Part shown: piece by piece, positions 9,286 through 18,891 of the stretch
Layout of the letters: each line of letters starts with the position of its first letter
Position numbering within the stretch: position 1 is the first letter of the stretch
Source of the DNA: Myxococcota bacterium
GTDB lineage: Bacteria > Myxococcota_A > UBA9160 > UBA4427
Assembly (NCBI GenBank): GCA_965250285.1
Contig: OZ252299.1
Location: 416,001-480,000 of the forward strand
Direction of reading: 5' to 3'
DNA: 64,000 nucleotides
Translations under genes and position numbers: made by a program
Notes under the pieces: model-generated
The model's input: the letters and a program-made list of their open reading frames with translations, nothing else
The model's database searches: none
Told to the model about the DNA's origin: nothing

Positions 9286-10589
9286 GCCACGGCGAGTTCG
9301 AGGCTGCGCAGACCGCGCAGCACCGGGTTCGGCCGATACTCGGGCCGTTCGGTGACGAGCTCGAGCGTGGGCATCCGACGGGCGAAGGCTTCGAACGACA
9401 GCGCGCCTTCGAGGCGCGCGAGCGGGGCGCCCAGACAGAAGTGCGTCGCGAAGCCGAACGCCAGGTGCGGGTTCGGATCGCGGGTCAGATCGAGGCGCGC
9501 GGGGTCGGCGAAGACCGCCGGGTCGTGGTTCGCCGCGCCGATGTTGACCAGCACGAGGGCGCCCTTCGGGATCGTATGCCCCCTCATCTCGACGTCGGCG
9601 CTTGCGACGCGGACCGTCGCCTGGACCGGGCCGTCGAATCGAAGCAGCTCCTCGGTTGCGACCGGTGCGAGCTCGGGCTCGCTGCAGAGCTGCGTCCATG
9701 CGTCGCGCTCACGCATGAGCGCGAGCAGGCCGTTGCCGATGAGGTTGGTCGTCGTCTCGTGTCCTGCGAGCAGCAGCAGATTGCTCGTCGCGAGCAGCTC
9801 GAGATCGGTCAGGGTGTCCTGTGCTTCCTGGGCGGCGATCATGGCGCTGATCAGGTCGTCCTGCGGTCGCCGGCGTCGCTCGGCAATGACGTCGCGCAAG
9901 TAGCCGAGGATCGACTGCATCGCCGCGCTGCCGGCGGCCACCTGATCGGGATCAGGCGCGCCGAGGCTCGCGATCAATGCGCTCGACCACTCTCGAAACT
10001 GGCGATGGTCGTCGGTCGGGACGCCGAGCAGCTCGGCGATCACGATCGCGGGCAGGGGCTCGGCGAAGTCGTGGATCACGTCGAACGACCCGGTGTCTCG
10101 CGCGGTCTGCTCGGCCGCGTCGATCAGCTGCTGCACGAGCGCTTCGATGTGGCCGCGCAGCCGCTCGATGCGCGACCGCGTGAACGCCCGGTTCACGAGC
10201 TTGCGGATCCGCGTGTGGTCGGGGGGATCCATGATCAGCATCGTGCGCAGGCCGCGGCTGCTCTGCTGCAGGAACTCGGGCATGCGATCGAGATTCTGCT
10301 GAATGAGCGGCGCCTGCGATCGGTCGGCCGAGAAGTCGGCGCTGCGCAGCACGTCGCGCACGTCTTCGTAGCGCGTGAGCAGCCAGGCGCCGGGCCCGTT
10401 CCAGTCGGGGGTCGGCACTTCGAGCACGGGGCGCACGGTGCGGATCACGTTGTAGATCGGGTAGGGGTCGTCGACGTTGCCCGCGCTGCGCAGGGGCAGA
10501 AAGAGATCGAAGGGGACCTCGGGGTGCTCCGCGCGCGGCGCGGCCGGGCTCGGGCGCAGCGGCGGCTGCGGGGTGACGTCGGCCGACAT
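9282..10589 (-). CDS. Cytochrome P450
   Basis: DPPDHTR, AGHETT I-helix, EELLR, heme-ligand HLAFGFATHFCLG. Confidence 0.96.
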   Translation of the reverse strand: MSADVTPQPPLRPSPAAPRAEHPEVPFDLFLPLRSAGNVDDPYPIYNVIRTVRPVLEVPTPDWNGPGAWLLTRYEDVRDVLRSADFSADRSQAPLIQQNLDRMPEFLQQSSRGLRTMLIMDPPDHTRIRKLVNRAFTRSRIERLRGHIEALVQQLIDAAEQTARDTGSFDVIHDFAEPLPAIVIAELLGVPTDDHRQFREWSSALIASLGAPDPDQVAAGSAAMQSILGYLRDVIAERRRRPQDDLISAMIAAQEAQDTLTDLELLATSNLLLLAGHETTTNLIGNGLLALMRERDAWTQLCSEPELAPVATEELLRFDGPVQATVRVASADVEMRGHTIPKGALVLVNIGAANHDPAVFADPARLDLTRDPNPHLAFGFATHFCLGAPLARLEGALSFEAFARRMPTLELVTERPEYRPNPVLRGLRSLELAVA

Positions 10590-10673
10590 CGGGTCGCCTC
10601 CTGATCGGGCGTAGGGGGGGCGAGATCAGCTTCGATCCCCGCCCTCGAGGCGGGGAGCTTCATCTCGGCTGGG

Positions 10674-10702
10674 TTGAAAATGACTGACCGGTTGGTCATG
10701 AT
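10674..10702 (+). promoter_or_regulatory. sigma70-type promoter (TTGAAA-N17-CATGAT) overlapped by a TetR-type operator ATGACTGACCGGTTGGTCAT (10680-10699)
   Basis: 20-bp palindrome with 16/20 self-complementarity filling the -35/-10 spacer between divergent P450 and TetR genes. Confidence 0.7.
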
Positions 10703-10707
10703 AAGGC

Positions 10708-11352
10708 GTGCCCAAGATCCCGGCAAGCCAGCGAGATGCGTTCTACGAGGCCCGGCGCGACGAGCTGACCCAGGTCGCCCTCAAGCTCTGGGCCGAGCGC
10801 GGCTACGACAAGACGTCGGTGGCCGAGATCGCGCGCGAAGCCGGCGTCGCGAAGGGCACGTTCTATCTCTACTTCGATACCAAGCAGACCCTGCTGCTCG
10901 AGGTACTGCGGCGGAACACCCTGCTGCCGAACGTGCTGCGATTGATGGACGACCTGCAGCACGCCTCCCTCGAAGACTCTGTTGCCGGCTTCGTGCGGGG
11001 CAGCTGGCGCCACCTCGCCGAGCACCGCGAGCTGATCCTGCTGGTGTTGAGCGAGCTGCCGACGCACCTCGACGAGGCGCGCGCGTTCATCGAGAACGTG
11101 ATCGCACCGACGAACGAAGCGCTCGCGGGTTACCTCGAGTCGTACATGTCGAGTGAGCGCGCGAGTGAGCTGTCGTCGGTGATCGCCGTACGGTCTCTGA
11201 TCGGCATGGTGCTCGTCGTGTTCGTATCACAGGAGCTGCTCGGCGCCGGTCGCGTGCTGCCGGTCTCCGAAGACGACATCACGCGCACGATCACCGAGCT
11301 CTTCCTGCGCGGCGTCGCGCCCGAGACGGCCGCCGCCGCCACCGATGCTTGA
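10708..11352 (+). CDS. TetR/AcrR family transcriptional regulator
   Basis: N-terminal HTH GYDKTSVAEIAREAGVAKGTFYLYF. Confidence 0.95.
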   Translation: MPKIPASQRDAFYEARRDELTQVALKLWAERGYDKTSVAEIAREAGVAKGTFYLYFDTKQTLLLEVLRRNTLLPNVLRLMDDLQHASLEDSVAGFVRGSWRHLAEHRELILLVLSELPTHLDEARAFIENVIAPTNEALAGYLESYMSSERASELSSVIAVRSLIGMVLVVFVSQELLGAGRVLPVSEDDITRTITELFLRGVAPETAAAATDA

Positions 11353-11385
11353 GCCCGCGAACCCCCGCGCCCGCGGAGAATCGTC

Positions 11386-12696
11386 GTGAACTGGAGACAC
11401 TGGAGACCCGCGCGCGTCTTGCGCGTGCAGCTCGGCCTGGCTCGCGTGCTGCCGCGGTATCTGGCGCTCATCCTGAGAGAGCGCCGGCGCGCGGGCTCGA
11501 CGAGCCAGGCCGAGTGGGATCGCGTTCATGCGCGGGCCGCTGCGGAGATTCGGCGAGTCGCGCTGGTCTATGCCGGGGCGTTCGTGAAGGCCGCCCAGAT
11601 CGGCGGCGCCCGCGCCGATGTGTTGCCGCGCGTGTTCATCGACGAGCTGAGTCGGTTTCACGACGACGTGCCCCCTCGGCCCTTCGAGCAGCTGCGCCCG
11701 ATCGTCGAGCGTGACCTCGGCCGGTCGCTGTCCGACGTGTTCGCCGACGTCGACGCACAGGCGATCGGCGCCGCTTCGTTGGCCCAGGTGCACCGGGCGC
11801 GTTTGCGCGACGGCGAAGAGGTGGTGCTCAAGATCCAGTACCCCGAGGCGCGGCGGATCATCCCGATCGACCTCAAGATGGTGCGCCTCGTCGGAGCCAT
11901 CGCGAGTCGCGTGCAGCGTTACGTCGACATCGGTGCGGTGATCAACGAGGTGACACGCTTCATCGAGCGCGAGCTCGACTTCGCGGGCGAGGTCGCGTCG
12001 ACCCAGCGGCTCGCCGGGGTGCTCGATGACATGGCGCATGTTCGCGTGCCGCGCGTCCACGACGCGCTCTGTGGTCCGAACCTGATCGTGCTCGAGTACC
12101 TCGATGGCATCCAGGTGACCCGCACCGCTGAGCTGCAGAGCGCGGGGCACAAGCTGCCCGACATCGCGCGTCGTGTCGGCCACATCTACGGCGCGATGAT
12201 CTTCGAGCTCGGCTTCTTTCACGGCGATCCGCATCCAGGCAACCTGCTCGTCCTGCGCGACGGCACCATCGGTCTGCTCGACTACGGCCTCTGCAAGGCG
12301 CTGCCCGACGGCTTCGCGCTCCTCGTCGCGCGCATGATGGTCTCGGCGATGATCGGCGATGTCGACGACGCACTCGATGCGGCGGGTCGCCTCGGCTTCG
12401 ACACGCGCCATCTGCGCGCCGAGCATCTGCGGATCTTGATGCTGCGGATGATCGGCGACAACGACGGCGACGAGAGCGTCTTCGACGTGTTCGCCGAGAG
12501 CCGTGTCGAACGCATCCCCGAAGACTTTGCCCTCGTCGTTCGGACCCTCATCCTGTTGAACGGCTTGTCCGAACGGCTCGTACCGCATCGGCGGCTGCTG
12601 CAGGGGGCCTTGCTCGAGCACCTCGCCGCCGGAGCGGCGAAGGCGTTCGAGGCCGAAGACAGCGGTGTGGCTCCGCCCGTGCGCGCGGCGAGCTGA
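11386..12696 (+). CDS. ABC1/UbiB/AarF atypical kinase family protein
   Basis: K.AQ, AASLAQVHRA, V.KIQYP, ELDF..E, FHGDPHPGN, LLDYG. Confidence 0.92.
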   Translation: MNWRHWRPARVLRVQLGLARVLPRYLALILRERRRAGSTSQAEWDRVHARAAAEIRRVALVYAGAFVKAAQIGGARADVLPRVFIDELSRFHDDVPPRPFEQLRPIVERDLGRSLSDVFADVDAQAIGAASLAQVHRARLRDGEEVVLKIQYPEARRIIPIDLKMVRLVGAIASRVQRYVDIGAVINEVTRFIERELDFAGEVASTQRLAGVLDDMAHVRVPRVHDALCGPNLIVLEYLDGIQVTRTAELQSAGHKLPDIARRVGHIYGAMIFELGFFHGDPHPGNLLVLRDGTIGLLDYGLCKALPDGFALLVARMMVSAMIGDVDDALDAAGRLGFDTRHLRAEHLRILMLRMIGDNDGDESVFDVFAESRVERIPEDFALVVRTLILLNGLSERLVPHRRLLQGALLEHLAAGAAKAFEAEDSGVAPPVRAAS

Positions 12697-12837
12697 GCCC
12701 CTTCGTGATGTCCGTTGGGTTTTGGTCCCGCTGACACGCCATGGCGTCAGGGGGGCGATCTCGTCTTGCACCCCGGGTCTCGGGCGTCGGAAGATGGAGC
12801 GCGTGATCCAGGGTTCGATCCATCGAGGAGAGCTTTC

Positions 12838-13242
12838 ATGGACATCGTGATTCCGCTTCCGATCAGTGCCCTTTACCTGGCGGTCTTCGCCGTGTTCTCC
12901 GGCGCGCTCGCCGCCTTGCCCGGCACGCTGCGCGGGCGCGAGGGCATCTCGATCGGCGATGGCGGCCGGAGTGATCTCCTCCTGGCCATGCGGCGGCACG
13001 GGAACTTCGTCGAGTACGTCCCGTACTTCATGACGATGTTCGTGGTGCTCGAACTGAACGGCGCTTCGGCCCCGTGGCTGCATGGTCTCGGGCTGTCGAT
13101 GGTCGTTGCCCGCGTCTGCCATGCGATCGGGCTGCAGGCCGATTCGATCTCGAGCCCGCTGCGTGCGGTGGGTGCCGGGGGCACGCTGCTTGTCACGCTC
13201 GTCGCAACCGTGCTGCTGCTGATGCAGTTCGTCGCCGGCTGA
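12838..13242 (+). CDS. MAPEG family membrane protein
   Basis: IGDGG...R.HGNFVEYVP...LE...ARVCHAIG; GAGGAG RBS before ATG 12838. Confidence 0.88.
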   Translation: MDIVIPLPISALYLAVFAVFSGALAALPGTLRGREGISIGDGGRSDLLLAMRRHGNFVEYVPYFMTMFVVLELNGASAPWLHGLGLSMVVARVCHAIGLQADSISSPLRAVGAGGTLLVTLVATVLLLMQFVAG

Positions 13243-13291
13243 GTCTCAGTCGGCGCGGCGCGGGGTGCGTCCGGGGTCTATCCTCGCGGAC

Positions 13292-13792
13292 ATGGCCGAG
13301 CACTACGCCGTCGAGAACCTCTTCGGAGAAGCGCCCACCGAGTTCGTCGAGCACGTCCCGCACTGTCGTGAGCTCGGCATGCGTTGCACCCGTGCCGGGC
13401 CGCGCACTGCGACGATGGTGGTGCCGCATCGCGACGCGCTCGTGGGTGACCCGGGCCGGGGGGTCGTGTTCGGTGGCGTCGTGACGACGCTGCTCGATCA
13501 GGCGGGCGGGGCCGCGACGCTCTGCAGTCTGCCCGAGCTCGTGACCATCGCGACCATCGATCTGCGTATCGACTATCTGCGCGCAGCCACGCCCGGTCGC
13601 GACCTGCACGGGCTCGCCGAGTGCTACAAGCGCACACGCAGCGTGGCCTTCGTGCGCGGCAAGGCCTGGGACGACGATCCCGAGGACCCTTTCGCGCACT
13701 TCATCGCGACGTACATGCTCGGTTCGACGATGGGCGACCACCCGCTCGAGAAGCTCGCTCAGGAGCGCGCCGGTTCGGAGCGCAGCGGGTGA
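13292..13792 (+). CDS. PaaI family thioesterase (hotdog fold)
   Basis: LVGDP..GVV.GG.VTTLLD, ATIDLRIDYLR. Confidence 0.88.
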   Translation: MAEHYAVENLFGEAPTEFVEHVPHCRELGMRCTRAGPRTATMVVPHRDALVGDPGRGVVFGGVVTTLLDQAGGAATLCSLPELVTIATIDLRIDYLRAATPGRDLHGLAECYKRTRSVAFVRGKAWDDDPEDPFAHFIATYMLGSTMGDHPLEKLAQERAGSERSG

Positions 13793-14178
13793 GCGTCGAC
13801 CGGCTCGTCGAGGGCATTCCCTATGCGCGCTTGATCGGGATGGTCGCCGATCGGGACGACGAGGGGTTGGTCTGTCATCTGCCCTTTGCCGAGAAGATCG
13901 TCGGCAACGCTCGCCTGCCCGCCGTGCATGGCGGCGTGGTGGGTGCCTTTCTCGAGATGACCGCGATCCTCGCGCTGCTCGATGCAGGTGACGCTGAGCG
14001 CGTGCCGAAGCCGATCAACTTCAGCATCGACTACTTGCGGTCGGCGGGCCCGCACGAGACGTTCGGGCGAGCCGAGATCGTCAAGCTCGGACGTCGCATC
14101 GCCAACGTTCGGGTACTCGCCTACCAACAGGATCGCGGCAAGCCGGTCGCTGCGGGCATCGGTAATTTTCGGCTCTGA
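13789..14178 (+). CDS. PaaI family thioesterase, second subunit
   Basis: IPYA..IG, GN..LPAVHGGVVGAFLE, PKPI.FSIDYLR; GTGA overlap with the upstream stop. Confidence 0.88.
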   Translation: MSVDRLVEGIPYARLIGMVADRDDEGLVCHLPFAEKIVGNARLPAVHGGVVGAFLEMTAILALLDAGDAERVPKPINFSIDYLRSAGPHETFGRAEIVKLGRRIANVRVLAYQQDRGKPVAAGIGNFRL

Positions 14179-14197
14179 CGCCGAGTCGGGGGGCACG

Positions 14198-14977
14198 ATG
14201 GAGCTGAGCGACGCGCTGGCGCAGTGGGAGGAGCGAGGCTTCTTCCTGATCCGAGGCTTCCGGTCGGCCGACGTCGGTGACGCCATGCTCGACCGCGTGA
14301 TCGAGATCGGGCGTGCTGCCAACGGCGAGTGGCTCTTCGAGGATCGGATCGTCACGCCCGAGCAGAATCTCGCTGCCGAAGTCTCGGCCGACTCGCCCGC
14401 CGAGGCGCGCATCTCGAAGATCTTCAAGCTGCATCGCGATCCGGTTTTTCGCGCGTTCATCGAGTCGCCCGACGTGCTCGCGATCGGCCGATCGCTGCTC
14501 GAGGCCGAGCTCGACTGTTTTCTCTCGCAGTTCATCTTCAAGAACCCGGGGGCGTGGGGTCAGCCCTGGCACCAGGACGGGTTCTACTTTCCGTTCGATC
14601 GCGAGCCGCAGGTCGGTCTGTGGCTCGCCGTCACACAGGCGAACGAAGAGAACGGCTGCCTGTGGGTCGTGCCCGGCTCGCACCGCGACGAGATTCACGA
14701 GCACGTGCCCGACCGACGGCCCAACGCCAACGTCGGCTACGTCGAGATCGTCGACCGCGACACGTCGACCGAGATTCCCGTCGAGATGGCACCCGGCGAC
14801 CTGTTGGTCTTCCACAGCCGCCTGATGCACCGCTCGAAGGACAATCTCTCCGACGGGCTTCGCGCCGCCATGGTCTATCACCTGGCCGCGCGCGGCACTC
14901 AGGACGTCTCGGGCCGAGCGTCGCCCGTGAACGACTGGTTGCCCCTCGACGTCGACGGCGGCGCAGCGGCCCCGTGA
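14198..14977 (+). CDS. Phytanoyl-CoA dioxygenase (PhyH) family Fe(II)/2OG oxygenase
   Basis: PWHQD (HxD), ENGCLWVVPGSH, GDLLVFH...H.S..N.S...R. Confidence 0.9.
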   Translation: MELSDALAQWEERGFFLIRGFRSADVGDAMLDRVIEIGRAANGEWLFEDRIVTPEQNLAAEVSADSPAEARISKIFKLHRDPVFRAFIESPDVLAIGRSLLEAELDCFLSQFIFKNPGAWGQPWHQDGFYFPFDREPQVGLWLAVTQANEENGCLWVVPGSHRDEIHEHVPDRRPNANVGYVEIVDRDTSTEIPVEMAPGDLLVFHSRLMHRSKDNLSDGLRAAMVYHLAARGTQDVSGRASPVNDWLPLDVDGGAAAP

Positions 14978-14997
14978 CCGCGCTGGCCGGCGATCCG

Positions 14998-15399
14998 ATG
15001 AAGCGGATGAGGCCGTTTCTGCTGGTGACCGACGTTGGCTTCGTCGCGTACTGGGCGGTTTCTCTGCTGGTGCTCGTGGGACTCGACGTGGTGCCGAAGT
15101 CGTGGCTCTTCAAGGACTACGATGACCCCATCGTGTTCGCGTGGAACTGGTCGTTCTTTCCGCTCGACATGGTGCTGTCGGGCTGCGGCCTGTGGGCGGT
15201 GCGACGGCATGCGCGCGGCGACGAGGGCTGGCGCCCCCTCGCTGCGTTCTCGCTGGCGCTCACGTTCTGCGCCGGCTTCATGGCCATCTCGTTCTGGGTG
15301 ATTCGCTGCGACTTCGATCCGTCGTGGTGGGCGGCCAACCTGTTTCTCGCGATCTGGCCGCTCTTCTTCCTGCCGAAGCTGTGGCGCTCGACCGACTAG
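14998..15399 (+). CDS. YvaD/DUF5360-like membrane protein
   Basis: TD.GF..YW, AWNWSFFPLD, LTFCAG.MAISFW, FDPSWW. Confidence 0.7.
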   Translation: MKRMRPFLLVTDVGFVAYWAVSLLVLVGLDVVPKSWLFKDYDDPIVFAWNWSFFPLDMVLSGCGLWAVRRHARGDEGWRPLAAFSLALTFCAGFMAISFWVIRCDFDPSWWAANLFLAIWPLFFLPKLWRSTD

Positions 15400-16394
15400 A
15401 GCCAATCGGGGGTCGGCAGACCCTTCTCTTTCAGGAACGTCGGATTGAACAGCTTGCTCTGGTAGCGGGTGCCGCTGTCGCAGAGCAACGTCACGATGGT
15501 CTTGCCCGGCCCGAGCTCCTTCGCGAGGCGGATCGCACCCGCGACGTTGAGCGCGGCCGAGCCGCCAATGCACAGGCCCTCGTCCTTCAGAAGGCTGAAG
15601 CAGATCGGCAGCCAGTCGGCGTCGTCGATGCGGTAGGCGATGTCGATCGGCGCGTCTTCGAGGTTCGCCGTGATGCGCCCCTGCCCGATGCCCTCGGTGA
15701 TCGACGTGCCCTCGGCCTTGAGCTCGCCATGCTTGTAGTAGTGGTACAGGGCGGCACCGCCGGGGTCGCTGATCGCGATCTTGATGTCGGCATTGCGCTC
15801 TTTCAGCGCCATGCCGATGCCCGCGAGACTGCCGCCGGTGCCGACGGCGCACGTGAACGCGTCGATCGTGCCGTCGGTTTCGTCCCAGATCTCGGGGCCG
15901 GTCGTGCGGTAGTGACCGTCGCGATTGGCGACGTTGTCGAACTGGTTTGCCCAGATGGCCCCGGATGCCTCGCTCTTCGCGAGATCCTCTGCGAGTCGGC
16001 GCGAGACATGGACGTAGTTCTCGGGGTTCTTGTACGGGACGGCCGGCACCTCGCGCAGGTCTGCGCCGCACAGGCGCAGCATGTCCTTCTTCTCCTGGCT
16101 CTGGGTGTCGGGGATGACGATGACGGTGCGGTAGCCCTTGGCGTTGGCCACCAGCGCGAGGCCGATGCCGGTGTTGCCGGCCGTGCCCTCGACGATCACG
16201 CCGCCCGGCTCGAGCTGGCCCTTGGCTTCGGCGTCTTCGACGATCGCGAGAGCGGCGCGATCCTTGACCGAGCCGCCCGGGTTCAGGAACTCGGCCTTGC
16301 CGAGGATCGTGCAGCCGGTCTCTTCGCTCGCACGCTGGAGCTTGATGAGCGGCGTGTGGCCGATCGTGCCGATGAAGCCGTCGCGAATCTGCAT
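15396..16394 (-). CDS. cysK: Cysteine synthase A (O-acetylserine sulfhydrylase)
   Basis: PLP lysine motif NPGGSVKDR, TAGNTG, NQFDN, GTGG, EGIG, CDSG. Confidence 0.92.
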   Translation of the reverse strand: MQIRDGFIGTIGHTPLIKLQRASEETGCTILGKAEFLNPGGSVKDRAALAIVEDAEAKGQLEPGGVIVEGTAGNTGIGLALVANAKGYRTVIVIPDTQSQEKKDMLRLCGADLREVPAVPYKNPENYVHVSRRLAEDLAKSEASGAIWANQFDNVANRDGHYRTTGPEIWDETDGTIDAFTCAVGTGGSLAGIGMALKERNADIKIAISDPGGAALYHYYKHGELKAEGTSITEGIGQGRITANLEDAPIDIAYRIDDADWLPICFSLLKDEGLCIGGSAALNVAGAIRLAKELGPGKTIVTLLCDSGTRYQSKLFNPTFLKEKGLPTPDWL

Positions 16395-16457
16395 GGAGTC
16401 TCCGTATGCGCCCACGGAGGCGCCCGCCGATGTCAGATCATGGATCAGGGCTCGGGA

Positions 16458-16952
16458 TCAGCGTCGCCAGCGACCCTGGAGAGCCGTCTCGCGGCCATCA
16501 CCCGTGGGCTGATAGAAGACGTCGATGTCGGCCATCGCGGTCTTCCAGTCTTCGACCGCCGATTCGCTCGCGATCTCGAAGGCGTCGAAACCCGCCCGGT
16601 GCATGAAGACGAGCTGCTCGAGCGCAACGTCACCCACGGCGCGCAGCTCGCCCTCGAACCCGTAGCGTTCGCGCAGCAAGCGCGCGTGCGAGTACGCACG
16701 GCCGTCGGTGAAGGCGGGGAACTCGAGTGCGATGAGGTCGAAGTGCACGAGGTCGTCGACGATCTCTTCGGGGCCCTGATCCGATGAAAGACACACGCCG
16801 AAACTGCCGCCGCGCTTGCAGAGCTCGACCTTGTGCTCCTTCCACTGGTCGAGGCTCACGAGCAGGCGGTCACCGCCCGGGATGCTCGTTGCCTCGGGGT
16901 CGACCTTCTCCCAGCCGTCTTCGGCGACCTTGCCTGCCTTAACGAGGGGCAT
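16458..16952 (-). CDS. DUF934 family protein (sulfite reductase-associated)
   Basis: FPAFTDGRAYS.ARLLRER.GF.GELRAVGDV...GFDAF...YQ; lies after cysI. Confidence 0.88.
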   Translation of the reverse strand: MPLVKAGKVAEDGWEKVDPEATSIPGGDRLLVSLDQWKEHKVELCKRGGSFGVCLSSDQGPEEIVDDLVHFDLIALEFPAFTDGRAYSHARLLRERYGFEGELRAVGDVALEQLVFMHRAGFDAFEIASESAVEDWKTAMADIDVFYQPTGDGRETALQGRWRR

Positions 16953-18594
16953 AGAGCTTCTCCTTGAAGGGGTCCATGCCGACCCGTCGGTACGTGTCGA
17001 TGAATCGCTCGCCGTCTTCGCGCAGCTCGACGTACGTGTCGAGCACCGTCTCGATGGCCGGGCCGATGTCGTCGGCCGAGAAGCCGGGGCCCGTGCGCAC
17101 GCCGAGTGACGCGTCTTCGTGAGAGCTTCCGCCCAGCGTGATCTGGTAGAGCTCTTCGCCCTTTCGGTCGACGCCGAGGATGCCGATGTTGCCGACGTGA
17201 TGATGGCCGCAGGCGTTGATGCAGCCCGACATGTTCAGCTCGAGCTCGCCGATCTCTTTCTGGCGCTTGAGGTCGGCGAAGCGCTTCGTGATGTCCTCGG
17301 CGACGGGGATCGAGCGTGCGTTGGCGAGTGCGCAGTAGTCGAGGCCGGGGCAGCAGATGACGTCGCCAATGAGGTTCAGGTTCGCGGCCGCCAGCTCGAG
17401 CTCGACCAGCTTCTGCCACAGCGTGAAGAGCTGATCCTTGCGCACGTCGGTGAGCACGATGTTCTGGCGGTGCGTCACCCGCATCTCGCCGAAGCTGAAC
17501 GCGTCGGCGAGGTCGGCGAGCGCGTCCATCTGATCACTCGAGAGGTCGCCCGGCGCGTGGCCGGGCATCTTGACCGAGATGTTCGCGATCGCGTAGCCGG
17601 GTTGCTTGTGGGCGTGCACATTCTGCTCGACCCAGTCGGCGAAGTCGGCGTTCTGCCCGAGCTGCGCATCGAGATCGGGGCAGGCGTCTTCGAGCGTCTC
17701 GTACTCGGGCGGCGCGAAGTACGCGTCGATGCGGTCGATCTCGTCCTGGGGCACCTCGAGCGCGCCGCCCTTGAGGTTGGCGTACTCCTCGTCGACCAGG
17801 CGTCGGAACTCCTCGGTGCCGGTCTCGTGCACGAGCACCTTGATGCGCGCCTTGTACTTGTTGTCGCGACGGCCAAAGCGGTTGTAGACCCGCAGGATCG
17901 CCTCGAGATACGAGAGCAGCTCACTCGGCGGCAGCTCCTCTCGGATCGTCTTGCCGACGAACGGGGTCCGCCCCAGGCCGCCGCCGACGATCACTTCGAA
18001 GACCGGCTGGTCCTTCGAGTCGCGATCGAGGATGAGCCCGATGTCGTGCACCTTGACCGCAGCGCGGTCGTTCGGCGAGCCGGTGACCGCGATCTTGAAC
18101 TTGCGGGGCAGAAACGAGAACTCGGGGTGGAGCGTCGACCACTGCCGAATCAACTCGCAGTAGACGCGCGGGTCGGCGACCTCGTCGGCGGCGCAGCCCG
18201 CATGCTCATCGGCCGTCGTATTGCGAATGCAGTTGCCGCTCGACTGGATCGCGTGCATCTCGACGCTCGCGAGGTCGCGCAGGATGTCGGGCGTCTCCTC
18301 GAGCTTGATCCAGTTGAACTGCATGTTCTGGCGCGTCGTGAGGTGGCCGTAGCCCTTGTCGTACTTTCGACCGATCTCGGCAAGCATCCGCATCTGCTTC
18401 GAGCTGAGCATGCCGTAGGGCACGTTGATGCGGATCATGTAGGCGTGCAGCTGAAGGTAGAGGCCGTTCATCAGACGCAGCGGTCGAAACTGATCCTCGG
18501 TGAGCTTGCCGGCCAGGCGATGCTCCACCTGTCGTCCGAACTGCTCTGCGCGCTCGGTGACCAGCTTCAGGTCGAACTCGTCGTAGCGGTACAT
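16939..18594 (-). CDS. cysI: Assimilatory sulfite reductase hemoprotein (siroheme/4Fe-4S)
   Basis: MYRYDEFD, RLMNGLYLQLHAYM, TTRQN, LPRKFKIA, CPG...C and SGCINACG cluster ligands. Confidence 0.93.
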   Translation of the reverse strand: MYRYDEFDLKLVTERAEQFGRQVEHRLAGKLTEDQFRPLRLMNGLYLQLHAYMIRINVPYGMLSSKQMRMLAEIGRKYDKGYGHLTTRQNMQFNWIKLEETPDILRDLASVEMHAIQSSGNCIRNTTADEHAGCAADEVADPRVYCELIRQWSTLHPEFSFLPRKFKIAVTGSPNDRAAVKVHDIGLILDRDSKDQPVFEVIVGGGLGRTPFVGKTIREELPPSELLSYLEAILRVYNRFGRRDNKYKARIKVLVHETGTEEFRRLVDEEYANLKGGALEVPQDEIDRIDAYFAPPEYETLEDACPDLDAQLGQNADFADWVEQNVHAHKQPGYAIANISVKMPGHAPGDLSSDQMDALADLADAFSFGEMRVTHRQNIVLTDVRKDQLFTLWQKLVELELAAANLNLIGDVICCPGLDYCALANARSIPVAEDITKRFADLKRQKEIGELELNMSGCINACGHHHVGNIGILGVDRKGEELYQITLGGSSHEDASLGVRTGPGFSADDIGPAIETVLDTYVELREDGERFIDTYRRVGMDPFKEKLYAPR

Positions 18595-18891
18595 CTATTC
18601 GTTCCCCGCTTGCTTGCCCAGGTCGGGTCGGTTCGTCGGACCAGCGGCGCGAATCACTTCGCGGTACTTCGTCGGGCGCACTCTGTCGCCGTCGACCTCG
18701 ACGTCGATCAACTCGGCGCCGACCACCTGCTGCTTCGCCTCGAGCGCGAGCGCCGTCTCGAGCAGCGCCTCGGCGGCATCGCCGGTCTCTTCGACGCGTG
18801 CGTCGTCGACGCCGCTGGCCCAGCTATCGCCCTCGGCGAGAAAGACGATGCGACCGTCGGTCAGTCGATTGGCGATGACGATCTGCGGCAT
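18595..18891 (-). CDS. DUF2849 family protein
   Basis: ANRLTDG..VFL...REVIRAAGPT.RPDLGKQA; directly upstream of cysI. Confidence 0.85.
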   Translation of the reverse strand: MPQIVIANRLTDGRIVFLAEGDSWASGVDDARVEETGDAAEALLETALALEAKQQVVGAELIDVEVDGDRVRPTKYREVIRAAGPTNRPDLGKQAGNE

